Made by a program: the position numbers and the translations under genes
Shown: in pieces, positions 36,021 through 46,740 of the stretch
Layout of the letters: each line of letters opens with the position of its first letter
Numbering within the stretch: position 1 is the first letter of the stretch
IMG/VR virus record: IMGVR_UViG_3300021400_001413
Coordinates: 1-64,000 of that record
Origin: a virus
Taxonomy: Duplodnaviria; Caudoviricetes
DNA: 64,000 nucleotides
Direction: 5' to 3' (one strand)
The notes under the pieces: generated by a model
What the model was told of the DNA's origin: nothing
The model's database searches: none
What the model saw: only the letters and a program-made list of their open reading frames with translations

Positions 36021-36533
36021 ATGGAAAAATATTTTGAGTGGATGACATGTGTCATTGGAGGAATTATAGGATGGTTCATAGGTACATTCCAGCCAGCCTT
36101 TCCCCTTATTTATGTGGCAGTAGCCTTCATAGTATATGATTCTTGGACAGCTTATGAGCTGGACAAGAGAGTTAAAAGGCGGTATCCCGATAAAAAGAAG
36201 CTACCTGCTGCCTATGTTAGCTACAAAGCTTGGGGTATGGTTCCTACTATGATTGAAAGCTTCTCTATTATTCTTCTGATGTACTCTGCTCAGAAATGGA
36301 TATTTGTAGATGTCTATGTACCTTTGAGTTACATTGCTACAGGTGTTATCTGTGGTGTACAGTTACTGAGTATTGCTGAGAATAAATCTTCTTGTAGGAC
36401 TCCTCAGGATAAAGGATGGAACTACTGGAAGATCATGGCTAAGGTTCTTATTGATAAGACGGAAAGACATTTTGATGTCAATCTATCTGATTTGAAGGAG
36501 GATTTTGATAAGGAGACTAATACAGAAGATTAA
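36021..36533 (+). CDS. putative holin
   Basis: 3-4 hydrophobic helices; first gene of the lysis cassette; promoter TATTTTTG at 35985-35992. Confidence 0.6.
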   Translation: MEKYFEWMTCVIGGIIGWFIGTFQPAFPLIYVAVAFIVYDSWTAYELDKRVKRRYPDKKKLPAAYVSYKAWGMVPTMIESFSIILLMYSAQKWIFVDVYVPLSYIATGVICGVQLLSIAENKSSCRTPQDKGWNYWKIMAKVLIDKTERHFDVNLSDLKEDFDKETNTED

Positions 36534-37171
36534 TGGAGTTATATAAAAGAGGATCTAGAGGAGAAATAGTTAAGCAGATACAGATAGCACTACATCTGTA
36601 TCCTGATGGTATATTTGGCATCTTAACAGAAGAAGCTGTTAAGGAATTCCAAAAAACTAATGGCTTAATAGTAGATGGCATTGTTGGGCCTGCTACTATA
36701 GCTTATCTTATACCTCTGAGGCTGAAGAAAAGCAAAAGAACTATTGATGAGATAATCATTCATTGCTCTGCAACTCCAGAAGGCAAGGATTATACAGTAG
36801 AGGATATCAGAAGAGACCATAAAAAACAAGGTTGGAGTGATATTGGCTACCATTATGTTATCTATAGAGATGGTTCTATTCATGAAGGAAGAGATGTAGA
36901 TTTAGTAGGTGCTCATTGTTCTAAGAATGGGCATAATCAACACTCTATAGGAATATGTTATATTGGAGGAGTTGAGAACAAGCCAAATACGCCTTATGCT
37001 TTACTGAAAGCTAAGGATACTAGAACAGATGCTCAGAAAGGAGCCTTAATATGCTTATTGTACGATTTAAAGAAGCTCTATCCAAAAGCTCAGATATGGG
37101 GACATAGAGATTTTGATTCTGGTAAGGAATGCCCATCATTTGATGCAAGAAATGAATATAGGAGATTTTAA
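36533..37171 (+). CDS. endolysin: peptidoglycan-binding domain plus T7 lysozyme-like N-acetylmuramoyl-L-alanine amidase
   Basis: PDGIFG...GLIVDGIVG (PG-binding); IIIHCSAT, DIGYHYVI, SIGICYIGG, WGHRDF, KECPSF. Confidence 0.92.
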   Translation: MELYKRGSRGEIVKQIQIALHLYPDGIFGILTEEAVKEFQKTNGLIVDGIVGPATIAYLIPLRLKKSKRTIDEIIIHCSATPEGKDYTVEDIRRDHKKQGWSDIGYHYVIYRDGSIHEGRDVDLVGAHCSKNGHNQHSIGICYIGGVENKPNTPYALLKAKDTRTDAQKGALICLLYDLKKLYPKAQIWGHRDFDSGKECPSFDARNEYRRF

Positions 37172-37172
37172 T

Positions 37173-37661
37173 ATGGGAAAAGGAGAAGAGTATTATTACA
37201 GTCAAGTGTATAACAGGAAAGCAGAAAAAAGTATGAAATCCTGCTTTTTATGTCTTGTAGGAATCATAATAGCTGTTTTACTTTCATTTATATTTTCTGG
37301 ATGCAGAAGCATTCAGTATGTACCAGTAGAGAAAGTAGTTACTGAATACAAGACAAATACTGTACATGACAGTGTTTACCTTCAGGTTCTTAAGCATGAT
37401 AGTGTAGTTATTGAGAAGTCAGGAGATACAGTATATGTAAATAAGTGGCATACTCTGTACAAAGATAAATGGAAAGAAATAATCAAAACAGATACTATTA
37501 TTAAAACAGACTCTATCCAAGTACCTTACCCGGTAGAGAGAAAACTTACTAAATGGGAACAGACTAAGATGGATGCTGGAGGTATTGCCATTGGGGTTTG
37601 TATAGCTACTGTATTAATGGTAATTGTTGGCTTTATAGTTAAAGCATATAAGAAGACTTGA
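37173..37661 (+). CDS. lipoprotein with C-terminal TM helix (putative unimolecular spanin)
   Basis: Hydrophobic stretch ending FIFSG-C (lipobox-like); beta-rich middle; C-terminal helix GGIAIGVCIATVLMVIVGFIV; follows the endolysin. Confidence 0.65.
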   Translation: MGKGEEYYYSQVYNRKAEKSMKSCFLCLVGIIIAVLLSFIFSGCRSIQYVPVEKVVTEYKTNTVHDSVYLQVLKHDSVVIEKSGDTVYVNKWHTLYKDKWKEIIKTDTIIKTDSIQVPYPVERKLTKWEQTKMDAGGIAIGVCIATVLMVIVGFIVKAYKKT

Positions 37662-37708
37662 ATTTGTTGTACGTTGATAATAAATCGTTGAATTGTTAAT
37701 TAGTGATT

Positions 37709-37742
37709 ATCCCTCTTGTCTGGGAAGATAGGAGGGATTTTT
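37709..37742 (+). terminator. intrinsic terminator after the lysis cassette
   Basis: ATCCCTCTTGTCT-GGGA-AGATAGGAGGGAT-TTTT. Confidence 0.7.
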
Positions 37743-37756
37743 AAAGTGGAGAGATT

Positions 37757-40081
37757 ATGGAAGAGGAGAGTAAAATATTATTTGATAACAGTCAGTTAAA
37801 TGAATTTCAGACCCCAATAACTAAGGAGTTATTGGAACAATACCCCCAAGAAGTGCAAGAACAATTTTGGGAGTTTATTCTTTCTGTACCTTTTATTAAG
37901 AATTTGATTTCAGTTAACAGGCAGAGAGCAAAAGACAGACCTAGGGATGAAAAAGGTAGGATTATAGTAGATCTTGCCAATCCGCATATCTTAGAAGATA
38001 TGGATTACTTTAGGCAGGCAGCTATTAAGTTTGAGAGAGACGGCAGATACACTGATTTGAAACCCAACAGCAATCCTAATTCTCCTTATGGTAAATGGAT
38101 AAGGAGAGAGATAAAAAGATGTTGGGAAGGAATGGTAAGACCCTCTGACGGGGAATGGGTAACAGGATATATGTATTTTTATCTGAATTATGTACCAATG
38201 ATGGTAACTAAGGCAGATAAAGATACCAAAAAGAAAAGAGCTTCAAGAACAGAAGGATTTCCTGAAATGTGGGAAGCAACTTATTGGAGATTCCACTATA
38301 TTGACCAAGCAAGAAATGGAGGAATGTATAATGATTTTGCTGGTGGTAATCATGCAGTAGAATTAAGTAAGCGTGGCTCTGGTAAGTCATTTTGTCTTGC
38401 AGCAATCATGGCTCATAACCTGATTCTTGGAGAAAATGCAGAAGCACATAAAAGAACAACCACTATCCTGACTGCATACTTAAGAGAATACCTTGCTGAG
38501 AAAGATGGTACTTTTTCTAAATTTGTTCCTATTAAATCTTTCTTGGCTGAACATACTCAATTTCCAAGAAGAATGCTGACTGACTCTCCAAACAAGATGT
38601 CTTGGAGGTCAGGTTATAAAGATAGGCTTACTGGTGCAGAAACAGGAGACCAGAATATTCTACTTGGTCTTTCATCAAAGGATGACGTAGCAAAGATTCG
38701 AGGTAAGCGTGGTTATATATTATTTGAGGAGTTTGGTTCATTCCCTAACCTTATTGAGATATATAATAATGTAAAGGATGGTATGCGTGAGGGTAAATAT
38801 GTCTATGGACTTGCTTATCTGTTAGGTACAGCTGGTGATAAAGACTCAGACTTTCACGGTGCTCAGGAGTTGATATATAATCCTAAAGGATATGATGTAT
38901 ATGCTATTCCAAACGTATGGGATAAACCCAATCAGGGAAGACCTTGGTTTGCCTTCTTCACTCCAGCATTTGTAAACCTGAAAGGGTACTTCAACAAGGA
39001 TGGTGTAAGTGATATAGTAGGGGCAATGCTCTATAAACTGATGGATAGATATAAGGCTAAATATGAGACTGGAGATCCAAGAACCATCATTAAAGAAGTC
39101 AGCAATATGCCTTTTACTCCCTCGGAAGCTATCATTCAGGGAGGAATCAGCCAATTCCCAGTAGTAGACCTTGAGAACAGGATACTTGAAATAAATTCTA
39201 ATCCTAATTTCTATGATGATACTTTAGTAGGCCAGTTGGTTATTACAGATAATAAAGTAGAATTTGTACCTACTTCAGATACTCCTATCAGATTCTATCA
39301 ACAGAAGGATAACAAGAATATGCCAGGAGCCATAGAAATATTTGAGAAACCTCAGGTAGATTCTAATGGTGAAGTATATGCTAATAGATATATTGCAGGT
39401 GCAGACCCCTATGATAACGATGAGTCAACTACGACTTCTTTAGGCTCAATTCTTATTCTTGATTTGATGACTGATAGGATTGTAGCAGAGTACACTGGAA
39501 GACCTCCTATGGCAGATGATTATTTTGAGATATGTAGAAGACTTTGTCTTTATTATAATGCAAGGTTAAATTATGAGAACAATAAAAAAGGACTCTTTGG
39601 TCATTTCTCTAAAATGAATTCTACATATCTGTTAACAGATGTTCTTGAGATTCTTGTAGATAAACAAATGATGAAACCTGGGGGTGTAGGTAATACCGCT
39701 AAAGGAACCAATGCCTCTAATTCTATAAATGGTTGGGGAAGACAACTTATTGCAAAATATCTTCTTACCCCACAGACAATAATTGTAGCTCCGGAGGGAG
39801 AAGAAAAGGAAATAAAGAAACGTAATCTTGATTTTATCAAAAATAAGGCTCTTCTAATAGAATTGTCACAGTGGAATCCATTTGGTAACTTTGACCGAGT
39901 ATCTGCTATGGGTATGTTGATGCTTCTTAGAGAGGATAAGCTCAGGTTAATGGGAGGAAGTTATAATGGTAGAGAAGATGATATATCAGATCCAGATGAC
40001 ATCGCAAATGATAGTTATTGGGAGGATAATTTTCATGATACAGACAAGGATTCTTGGGAAGAGTTAATGTATAAGGAATAA
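37757..40081 (+). CDS. terL: terminase large subunit
   Basis: Walker A SKRGSGKSF, Walker B ILFEEFG, coupling motif LLGTAG, nuclease YIAGADPYD and FDRVSA; crAss-like size. Confidence 0.93.
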   Translation: MEEESKILFDNSQLNEFQTPITKELLEQYPQEVQEQFWEFILSVPFIKNLISVNRQRAKDRPRDEKGRIIVDLANPHILEDMDYFRQAAIKFERDGRYTDLKPNSNPNSPYGKWIRREIKRCWEGMVRPSDGEWVTGYMYFYLNYVPMMVTKADKDTKKKRASRTEGFPEMWEATYWRFHYIDQARNGGMYNDFAGGNHAVELSKRGSGKSFCLAAIMAHNLILGENAEAHKRTTTILTAYLREYLAEKDGTFSKFVPIKSFLAEHTQFPRRMLTDSPNKMSWRSGYKDRLTGAETGDQNILLGLSSKDDVAKIRGKRGYILFEEFGSFPNLIEIYNNVKDGMREGKYVYGLAYLLGTAGDKDSDFHGAQELIYNPKGYDVYAIPNVWDKPNQGRPWFAFFTPAFVNLKGYFNKDGVSDIVGAMLYKLMDRYKAKYETGDPRTIIKEVSNMPFTPSEAIIQGGISQFPVVDLENRILEINSNPNFYDDTLVGQLVITDNKVEFVPTSDTPIRFYQQKDNKNMPGAIEIFEKPQVDSNGEVYANRYIAGADPYDNDESTTTSLGSILILDLMTDRIVAEYTGRPPMADDYFEICRRLCLYYNARLNYENNKKGLFGHFSKMNSTYLLTDVLEILVDKQMMKPGGVGNTAKGTNASNSINGWGRQLIAKYLLTPQTIIVAPEGEEKEIKKRNLDFIKNKALLIELSQWNPFGNFDRVSAMGMLMLLREDKLRLMGGSYNGREDDISDPDDIANDSYWEDNFHDTDKDSWEELMYKE

Positions 40082-40162
40082 ATAGGATGATGGTATAATA
40101 AAAAAGTAACTAGTTTGTAAACGTAGGTTTATCTACTTACTTTTGCAGAAAATATATTGAAT

Positions 40163-42583
40163 ATGAGTGTAGCATTATTTACTGGATTTCCAAGACAGAT
40201 GCTTTCTTACAAGCAGAAAGGTTCCAAGTGGGGCAAGCAATGTGTTGACTTTGCTGACAACAAGGGAACTTTTATGCATGTGTCTGCTGTGCAGAAATCA
40301 GTACTTCACAAGAAAATCAACTATGATCTTGTGAATATGAAAATCCATAAGGATGATATTGCTTATGTCCTCAATCCAAATAATCTGAAGGCAAGCTTTA
40401 TCCCTGATTCTATTCAGCACTATCCAACTCTTAATGCCTATATGGAACTGTTAAGAGGAGAAGCTCTTGACAGACCTTTTGAATGGACAGCAGTAGTAAC
40501 AAACCCAAATGCTATCAGTGATATTGAGAATCAGAAAAGGAATGCTGTTTTTCAGAGTCTGCAAAGTTTGATTCAAAGTCAGTCTGTTTCTGAGGAAGAT
40601 TTTCAAAAGAGACTCCAGGAACAGAGTGATTACTTTACTTATCAGTATCAGGATATGCGTGAAGTAAGGGCCAACAGACTGATGAATCACTATAATATGC
40701 AGTATGATTTCCGTAATATCTTTGATAGTGAAGGAATCATGGATGCTTTAACTTCTAATGAGGAATACTATGCTGTGGACATTCTTGGAGGAGAACCTTT
40801 CATTGAAAGAATAGACCCTCTGGAGCTGCGTATTTATAGGTCTGGTAATTCAAATAGAGCAGAAGATGCTGATATGATTATATGGGAAACATATAGAAAT
40901 ATTGGCTGGGTTAAGGATAATTACCACGATGTTCTAACTAAGAAGGATTGGGAATATCTTAACAAACTGGAATCAGGAAGCATTGAGGACACAAATGAAG
41001 ATCCTCTGTGGGATGATAAAAATGCCTGGATGGATCCTGAATTTGGAAATGAAATGGTCAATAATCCACATTTCTTCTCAGCAATGTTGGGAGAATATGG
41101 ATATGTCTCAGGAGCACTGCCTTTTGATGGAGAAGGTAATGTAAGAGTCCTTCGTGTATACTGGAAATCAAGCAGGAAAATTAAGAAAGTCAAAAGTTAT
41201 AATCCTACAACAGGAGAAGAGGAATTCCATTTCTATACAGAAGATTATGTTCCTAATAAAGTATTGGGAGAAGAAGAAGAAATATTCTGGGTAAATGAAG
41301 CTTGGGAAGGAACAAAGATCGGTACTGATATTTATGTAAACATCAGACCAAGACCTATTCAATACAACTCTATGAGTAATCCATCAAGGTGCCATTTTGG
41401 TATTATTGGACAGATATATAATATAGGTAAGCATTCTAGCCCATCTATGGTAGATATTCTGAAGCCTTATGTTTATCTGTTTGATGCTACAATGGACAAA
41501 CTTTACAAGCTACTTGAGTCAAATCTTGGCAAGCTTGTAGAGATGGATTTTGCTTTTAGTCCTGATTCCTGGAAAATGGAAAAGGTTCTTCACTTTGCCA
41601 AGGTTAATCACCTGTGGGTAAAGAACTCTTTTAACGAAGGTAAAAAAGGAGCTGCAACAGGAAAGATTGCAGGAGCTATGAATGCCAATACTACTGGTGT
41701 TATTGATGCCTCAGTAAATACTGAGATTCAATTCAATATTCAGTTATTGGATTGGCTTGATACTCAGATGGGCAAAGCTTGTGGTATTACTCCTCAGAGA
41801 CTTGGTCAGGTATCTAATAGAGAAACAGTTGGTGGTGTGGAAAGAGCTACACTACAAAGTTCTCATATTACAGAGTCTATCTTTGCAAGACATGATAACC
41901 TGAAGAAGAGAGTATTGGAAGCATTTATTGAAACAGCCAAGATTGCTATTAAAGGAAGAAAGAAGAAGTTTGAGTATATTCTTTCTGATGGAGCAAGGGC
42001 TTTAGAGACAATTGATGGTGATGAGTTTGCAGAGTGTGACTATGGAATTGTAGTTGATAGCTCTCAAGGTACTCGTCTTCTTATGCAGAAGCTTGACACT
42101 TTAGCTCAGGCAGGTATTCAGAATCAGATGTTCAATTTCTCTACACTGATGAAACTGTATTCTACAGACTCTATCTCTGAGAAGGTGAGAATGATGGAAG
42201 CAGCAGAAAGACGTGCTGAGGAATTGCAACAGCAACAACAACAGATTCAGCAGCAAATGCAGCAAGAGCAACTGGAGGCTGAAGCACAACAGAAGCAGCT
42301 TGAGATGGAGCAGAAGGAAATCCAGAATCAGCGTGATAATGAAACCAAGATTCTTGTTGCTCAGATTCAAGCACAAGCTAATATTGATTCTTCTGTTGCA
42401 AGAGCATCCGGATTTACAGAAAACCCGCAAACTCCTATTTCAGAGAAAGATCGCTTACAGCTTCAGCAACAGATTCAAGAAAGCAAGGAGAAGAATCAGC
42501 TGGAAAGAGAAAAGTTGCAGCTTGAGAGGGAGAAGATAAAAAGCCAGGAAAGAATAGCAAAGAGTAATAATGGTGGAAACTAA
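40163..42583 (+). CDS. portal protein
   Basis: ~807 aa directly after terL; FPRQMLS...W...C.D N-terminus, QRLGQVSNRETVGGVERA, Q-rich coiled-coil C-terminus; promoter TACTTTTG at 40138-40145. Confidence 0.9.
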   Translation: MSVALFTGFPRQMLSYKQKGSKWGKQCVDFADNKGTFMHVSAVQKSVLHKKINYDLVNMKIHKDDIAYVLNPNNLKASFIPDSIQHYPTLNAYMELLRGEALDRPFEWTAVVTNPNAISDIENQKRNAVFQSLQSLIQSQSVSEEDFQKRLQEQSDYFTYQYQDMREVRANRLMNHYNMQYDFRNIFDSEGIMDALTSNEEYYAVDILGGEPFIERIDPLELRIYRSGNSNRAEDADMIIWETYRNIGWVKDNYHDVLTKKDWEYLNKLESGSIEDTNEDPLWDDKNAWMDPEFGNEMVNNPHFFSAMLGEYGYVSGALPFDGEGNVRVLRVYWKSSRKIKKVKSYNPTTGEEEFHFYTEDYVPNKVLGEEEEIFWVNEAWEGTKIGTDIYVNIRPRPIQYNSMSNPSRCHFGIIGQIYNIGKHSSPSMVDILKPYVYLFDATMDKLYKLLESNLGKLVEMDFAFSPDSWKMEKVLHFAKVNHLWVKNSFNEGKKGAATGKIAGAMNANTTGVIDASVNTEIQFNIQLLDWLDTQMGKACGITPQRLGQVSNRETVGGVERATLQSSHITESIFARHDNLKKRVLEAFIETAKIAIKGRKKKFEYILSDGARALETIDGDEFAECDYGIVVDSSQGTRLLMQKLDTLAQAGIQNQMFNFSTLMKLYSTDSISEKVRMMEAAERRAEELQQQQQQIQQQMQQEQLEAEAQQKQLEMEQKEIQNQRDNETKILVAQIQAQANIDSSVARASGFTENPQTPISEKDRLQLQQQIQESKEKNQLEREKLQLEREKIKSQERIAKSNNGGN

Positions 42584-42710
42584 AAACCAATAATTTGCAA
42601 AAATATATTTATTCAGAAAGAGAACAGCGGTTTTCAGATATATTGATAAGGGATTGTTCGTTTTTTAGGTTAGTATTAGTATTTATAGTTTTAGGTTTTT
42701 AGTTATTCGG

Positions 42711-42742
42711 AAATAAGCTGTCTGAGAAGATAGCTTATTTTT
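42711..42742 (+). terminator. intrinsic terminator
   Basis: AAATAAGCTGTCT-GAGA-AGATAGCTTATTT-TTG. Confidence 0.75.
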
Positions 42743-42845
42743 GTTTTATTTGTGCCGATATAAGTAGAATATTTACTGGCTTGTAACACCAATTCTTTAT
42801 CAATACTTTTGCAATAGAATTTTAACTAAATATTGTGGAAAAAAT

Positions 42846-44012
42846 ATGGAAGGCATTGGATTAGACAACATGCTGGGAGCTGAAGAAGTGGAGAGAATGT
42901 TCAGTAACACAGCAGCTCAGGAGGAAGAAAGAGAAACTCCTGAAAACACAGGGGAGGAGACTCCTGGAAGTGAGAATAATAATGAGACAGAAGAAACTGC
43001 TGAGGTAGATTTTTCAGACCTTTTAGGTAATCAACCAGAGAGCGTAGGCAGTGGAGAGAATACAGAGGGAAACGGGGGAGCACCCAAGTCATCAGATGGC
43101 CAAGGTTCTCCACAAACAAATCTCTTCTCTTCCATTGCCAAGGCAACTAGAGACGAAGGTGTTTTCCCTGACCTTTCTGATGAAGAATTAGACTCTGTAA
43201 CAGATGCTGCAACCCTTAGGAAACTATTTGATGATCAAGTTAAAAAGATGTTGACTGAGGAACAGCAGAGATTGAAAAAAGCTCTGGATGGAGGTGCAAG
43301 CTCAGAAGAGATGCAACAGTACCAGCAGGCCATTAACCTCTCACAGTATCTTGATAACAAGGATACTTATGATACCTTGGTTAAGGAAGGAGAAGAAGGA
43401 GAGAAGCTTCGTAAACAGATGATGTACCAGGATTATATTAATCGAGGTTTTAAGCATGAGAGGGCAGTGAAAATGATTCAAAAAAGCTTTGATGACGGTA
43501 CTGATATTGAAGATGCCAAGGAAGCCTTCAATGCCTGTAAGGAATTCTACAAGCAACAGATTGATGATTTCCAGCAGGAAATGGAAGAGAGGCAGAAGGC
43601 CAACAAAGCCAATGAGCAAAAGCAATTCTCAAATCTGAAGAAACATATTCTGGATACAGAAAGTTTCTATGATGGTGTAAAGGTAGATAAGCAGACAAGG
43701 CAAAAAGCCTATGATTATATTACCAAACCCATTTACAAAGATGAGAATGGAAATCTGATGAATGCATTACAGAAGTATCAAAGAGAACATCCAGTGGAAT
43801 TTATGGAGAATGTTGCCTTGCTGATGGCTTTAACAGATGATTTTAAGAATGTTAGCAAGCTTACCAATAAGAAGGTACAACAGGGAATAAAAAAGGGATT
43901 TGAAGAAGTGGCCAGTGTTTTGAACTCTACAAGAAGAAACGGAGATGGTACTTTGAATCTGGCAAACAATGCTCCAGATAATGAAGACAGAGAAAGTTGG
44001 ACTTTAGCATAA
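42846..44012 (+). CDS. putative capsid scaffolding/assembly protein
   Basis: Acidic disordered N-terminus and coiled coils; between portal and MCP; promoter TACTTTTG at 42804-42811. Confidence 0.65.
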   Translation: MEGIGLDNMLGAEEVERMFSNTAAQEEERETPENTGEETPGSENNNETEETAEVDFSDLLGNQPESVGSGENTEGNGGAPKSSDGQGSPQTNLFSSIAKATRDEGVFPDLSDEELDSVTDAATLRKLFDDQVKKMLTEEQQRLKKALDGGASSEEMQQYQQAINLSQYLDNKDTYDTLVKEGEEGEKLRKQMMYQDYINRGFKHERAVKMIQKSFDDGTDIEDAKEAFNACKEFYKQQIDDFQQEMEERQKANKANEQKQFSNLKKHILDTESFYDGVKVDKQTRQKAYDYITKPIYKDENGNLMNALQKYQREHPVEFMENVALLMALTDDFKNVSKLTNKKVQQGIKKGFEEVASVLNSTRRNGDGTLNLANNAPDNEDRESWTLA

Positions 44013-44071
44013 AGTTGAAATATAAAACAGGGAAAATAAAATTGTTTATTAATGCTTAATTTTAGTTGATT

Positions 44072-45607
44072 ATGGCTGGACAAATTGGAAAATTTACAAT
44101 GCAGCATTTTGATGCTTGGGCTCCAAACATCACAAAGAAAACGCATATCAGCTCAATCTTTGGTTCTAAGACCCAGAAGGTTCGTGGTTTGATGGTTGAA
44201 TTGTTGGCTGCTACTAATGGCCCCACTTTTGATACATTGGTATCAAAGCTTCCTACAAAGGAATTTGAGAATGGTGATGACTATGTATGGGATGTTACTG
44301 GTTCTACAGACCGAGTAATTGAACTGCTGGAGTGCCGTGATGAGAATGGTGTTGTAGTTGATGCTAATTACACTGATAATGTAGGTGCAGGTACAGCTCC
44401 TTTCTATCTGGTATTTGGAGAGCACTGGTTCTTTAAGGGAGAGACTATTGAAGGTAACCTTGGTAACAAGTATCCTTTGCGAGTTCTTGAGGATGCACGT
44501 GAAGAGGGTTCTCGCTATGTGTATAAGGTAGAGACTATGGCTGGTATCACTGATGGTGTTCCCGCAGAGCGTCTGATGCCTGGTGAGATGTTTAGTTATG
44601 GTGCTGCCTTTGTAGAAGGAGGTCTTTCTCGTAAGGTTGGTGGTATTCGCCATGCAATTCCTGCAACTCTTCGTAATGAGTTCTCTCATATTCGTATTCA
44701 TCACAAGGTATCTGGTGATATGATGGATGATAAGCTGGCTATCTCTGTTCTGGTGAACAAGGGTCAGGGTGTTAAACCAACTCCAGTTAATTCTTGGATG
44801 CTGAATGTGGACTTTGAGCTTGAGAAGACATTCCGTGATTATAAGACTTATGCTCTTGTTTGGGGTCGCAGTAACCGCAATAAGAATGGTGAGTACACTA
44901 ACATTGGTGTATCAGGTGATGCTATTCGCACAGGTGCTGGTCTTTATGAGTTGATGGAGCAAGGCGGTAATACTATTTACTACAATGACTCTCCTCTGAA
45001 GATGATTGAGGAAGGTCTCTATGCATTGTTTGCAGGAAGAACTGACTTCAAGGATAGAGCTGTAACTGTTAGAGGTGGTGAGCGTGGTATTGCTTGGTTG
45101 CAGAAGGAAGCTTCTCAGGAGGGATCAGGCTGGAAGTCAGCTTATGAGTTTGATGCAGTAGCTCTTGGTTTGGCAAAGAAGGCTTCTGCTGCTCATGCTC
45201 CTTATGGTGGTGGCATCTCTGTAGCTACTCCTCAGGTTGTTGAGTTTATTGCTCCTATGGGTATTAAGATTACCTTTGAGGTTGACCAGAGCAAGGATAA
45301 CATCAATCACAGTGGTTACAAGCTTACACATCCTCTGGGAGGCCCTGTAAGCTCTTATTGCTTTGATATTCTTGACCTTGGTTCAAGTGTAGAGCCAAAT
45401 ATCCAGAAGTGTAAGATTAAGGGACATCCTGATGAGTGGATGGGCTATGAGGCTGGTTTCCGCAATCCTTTCACTGGTGCATGGAACAATGACCACATGA
45501 GTAACGATGAGGATGCTGCTGTAATTCACAAGATGGCAGATGTAGGTATTGTTGTTTGGGATCCTACTCGTACAGTAAGGGTTCTTCCTGACATCCTTTC
45601 AGATTAA
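44072..45607 (+). CDS. major capsid protein (crAss-like)
   Basis: ~511 aa; LRNEFSHIRI, WGRSNRNKNGEY...GDAIRTGAGLYE, GFRNPFTG; strongly biased codon usage. Confidence 0.9.
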   Translation: MAGQIGKFTMQHFDAWAPNITKKTHISSIFGSKTQKVRGLMVELLAATNGPTFDTLVSKLPTKEFENGDDYVWDVTGSTDRVIELLECRDENGVVVDANYTDNVGAGTAPFYLVFGEHWFFKGETIEGNLGNKYPLRVLEDAREEGSRYVYKVETMAGITDGVPAERLMPGEMFSYGAAFVEGGLSRKVGGIRHAIPATLRNEFSHIRIHHKVSGDMMDDKLAISVLVNKGQGVKPTPVNSWMLNVDFELEKTFRDYKTYALVWGRSNRNKNGEYTNIGVSGDAIRTGAGLYELMEQGGNTIYYNDSPLKMIEEGLYALFAGRTDFKDRAVTVRGGERGIAWLQKEASQEGSGWKSAYEFDAVALGLAKKASAAHAPYGGGISVATPQVVEFIAPMGIKITFEVDQSKDNINHSGYKLTHPLGGPVSSYCFDILDLGSSVEPNIQKCKIKGHPDEWMGYEAGFRNPFTGAWNNDHMSNDEDAAVIHKMADVGIVVWDPTRTVRVLPDILSD

Positions 45608-45750
45608 GATAATAGGCTAAGGTGGGGATGAGAAGTTGCAGAGCTTCTTCTCTCCCCTCTGAAGCTTTATAAGTGCTCTTGATTCCTTTGGGTTTCATAC
45701 AACACTATAAAAGAAAAATAAACAAGAAGTAAAGATAGGAGATACTAAAA

Positions 45751-46674
45751 ATGGGAGAAGAGAAGAAAGAGATGAAAAGCTGTTTGGTAAATGAGAGAGT
45801 AATACTCAGAAAATTACCCAAGCGTACTAATTTGGTACAAGATTCTAATCATATCATGGGTGATGGAATGCATGAAAATGCTTTCTACATCTATTGTGTA
45901 CCTAAGTTACAGAAAAGTAATAACTTCGTTAATGTTCTTACAAAGGAAGAGAAGGATTACTTGGAGTATGTAATGGGTTTGCCTGAGAATGCATTATCTA
46001 TTTATCGTCAGCCTAAGGAGGAGAATTACTGGAGTAATGCTAATCCAAATGGATTGAGTTCAGTGACTCTTAAGAAACGTGATAATATATTTGATATGTC
46101 TAAGCCAACAGACTATATTGCTGTAAAGATTCTGATGGCTAACAAGGATAAGATTTGTCCTTCTATGGAAGAGTGGGCTGCAAGACCAAAGGAAACTTAT
46201 GAGTTTGTGATTATTCGTGAGGGCCAGGAAAGCAAGATGTCTAAGAGTAATACTGATGCAACTATTCAGGCTGTTATGAAGCTTGGTAAGATTGCTGATG
46301 ACAAGGATGTTTTGAAGCTTGTTGTAGAGACTATGATGGGCAAAAAATATTCAGATGCCACATCATTGGATTGGTTGCAGACACAGGCTCTTGACCTGAT
46401 TAAGAACACACCAAAGAATGCAAGGATGTTCCTTTCTATTATGGAAGATGAGAGTCTTGATAATAAGGTACTTATTCGTAAATGCATCTCAAAAGGTATT
46501 ATTGCTGACAGGGGCGGATTCTTGTATATCAAGGATGGTAATATTCCTATGTGTGGTGATGGTGAGGAGCCAACTTTAAAGATGGCTGCTAAATGGCTTG
46601 GTAAACCTGCAAACCAGGAAAGACTCTTCAAGCTACAGGCATTACTAAAAGGAGAAACTTTAGAAGAAGAATAA
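45751..46674 (+). CDS. conserved crAss-type virion/assembly protein
   Basis: 307 aa immediately after MCP. Confidence 0.65.
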   Translation: MGEEKKEMKSCLVNERVILRKLPKRTNLVQDSNHIMGDGMHENAFYIYCVPKLQKSNNFVNVLTKEEKDYLEYVMGLPENALSIYRQPKEENYWSNANPNGLSSVTLKKRDNIFDMSKPTDYIAVKILMANKDKICPSMEEWAARPKETYEFVIIREGQESKMSKSNTDATIQAVMKLGKIADDKDVLKLVVETMMGKKYSDATSLDWLQTQALDLIKNTPKNARMFLSIMEDESLDNKVLIRKCISKGIIADRGGFLYIKDGNIPMCGDGEEPTLKMAAKWLGKPANQERLFKLQALLKGETLEEE

Positions 46675-46740
46675 ACACATCTGCTTGGGGGCTGGGGTGA
46701 AAGCCAGTTCCCTCGCAGTATCAAAAATAAAAGAGAAGTT

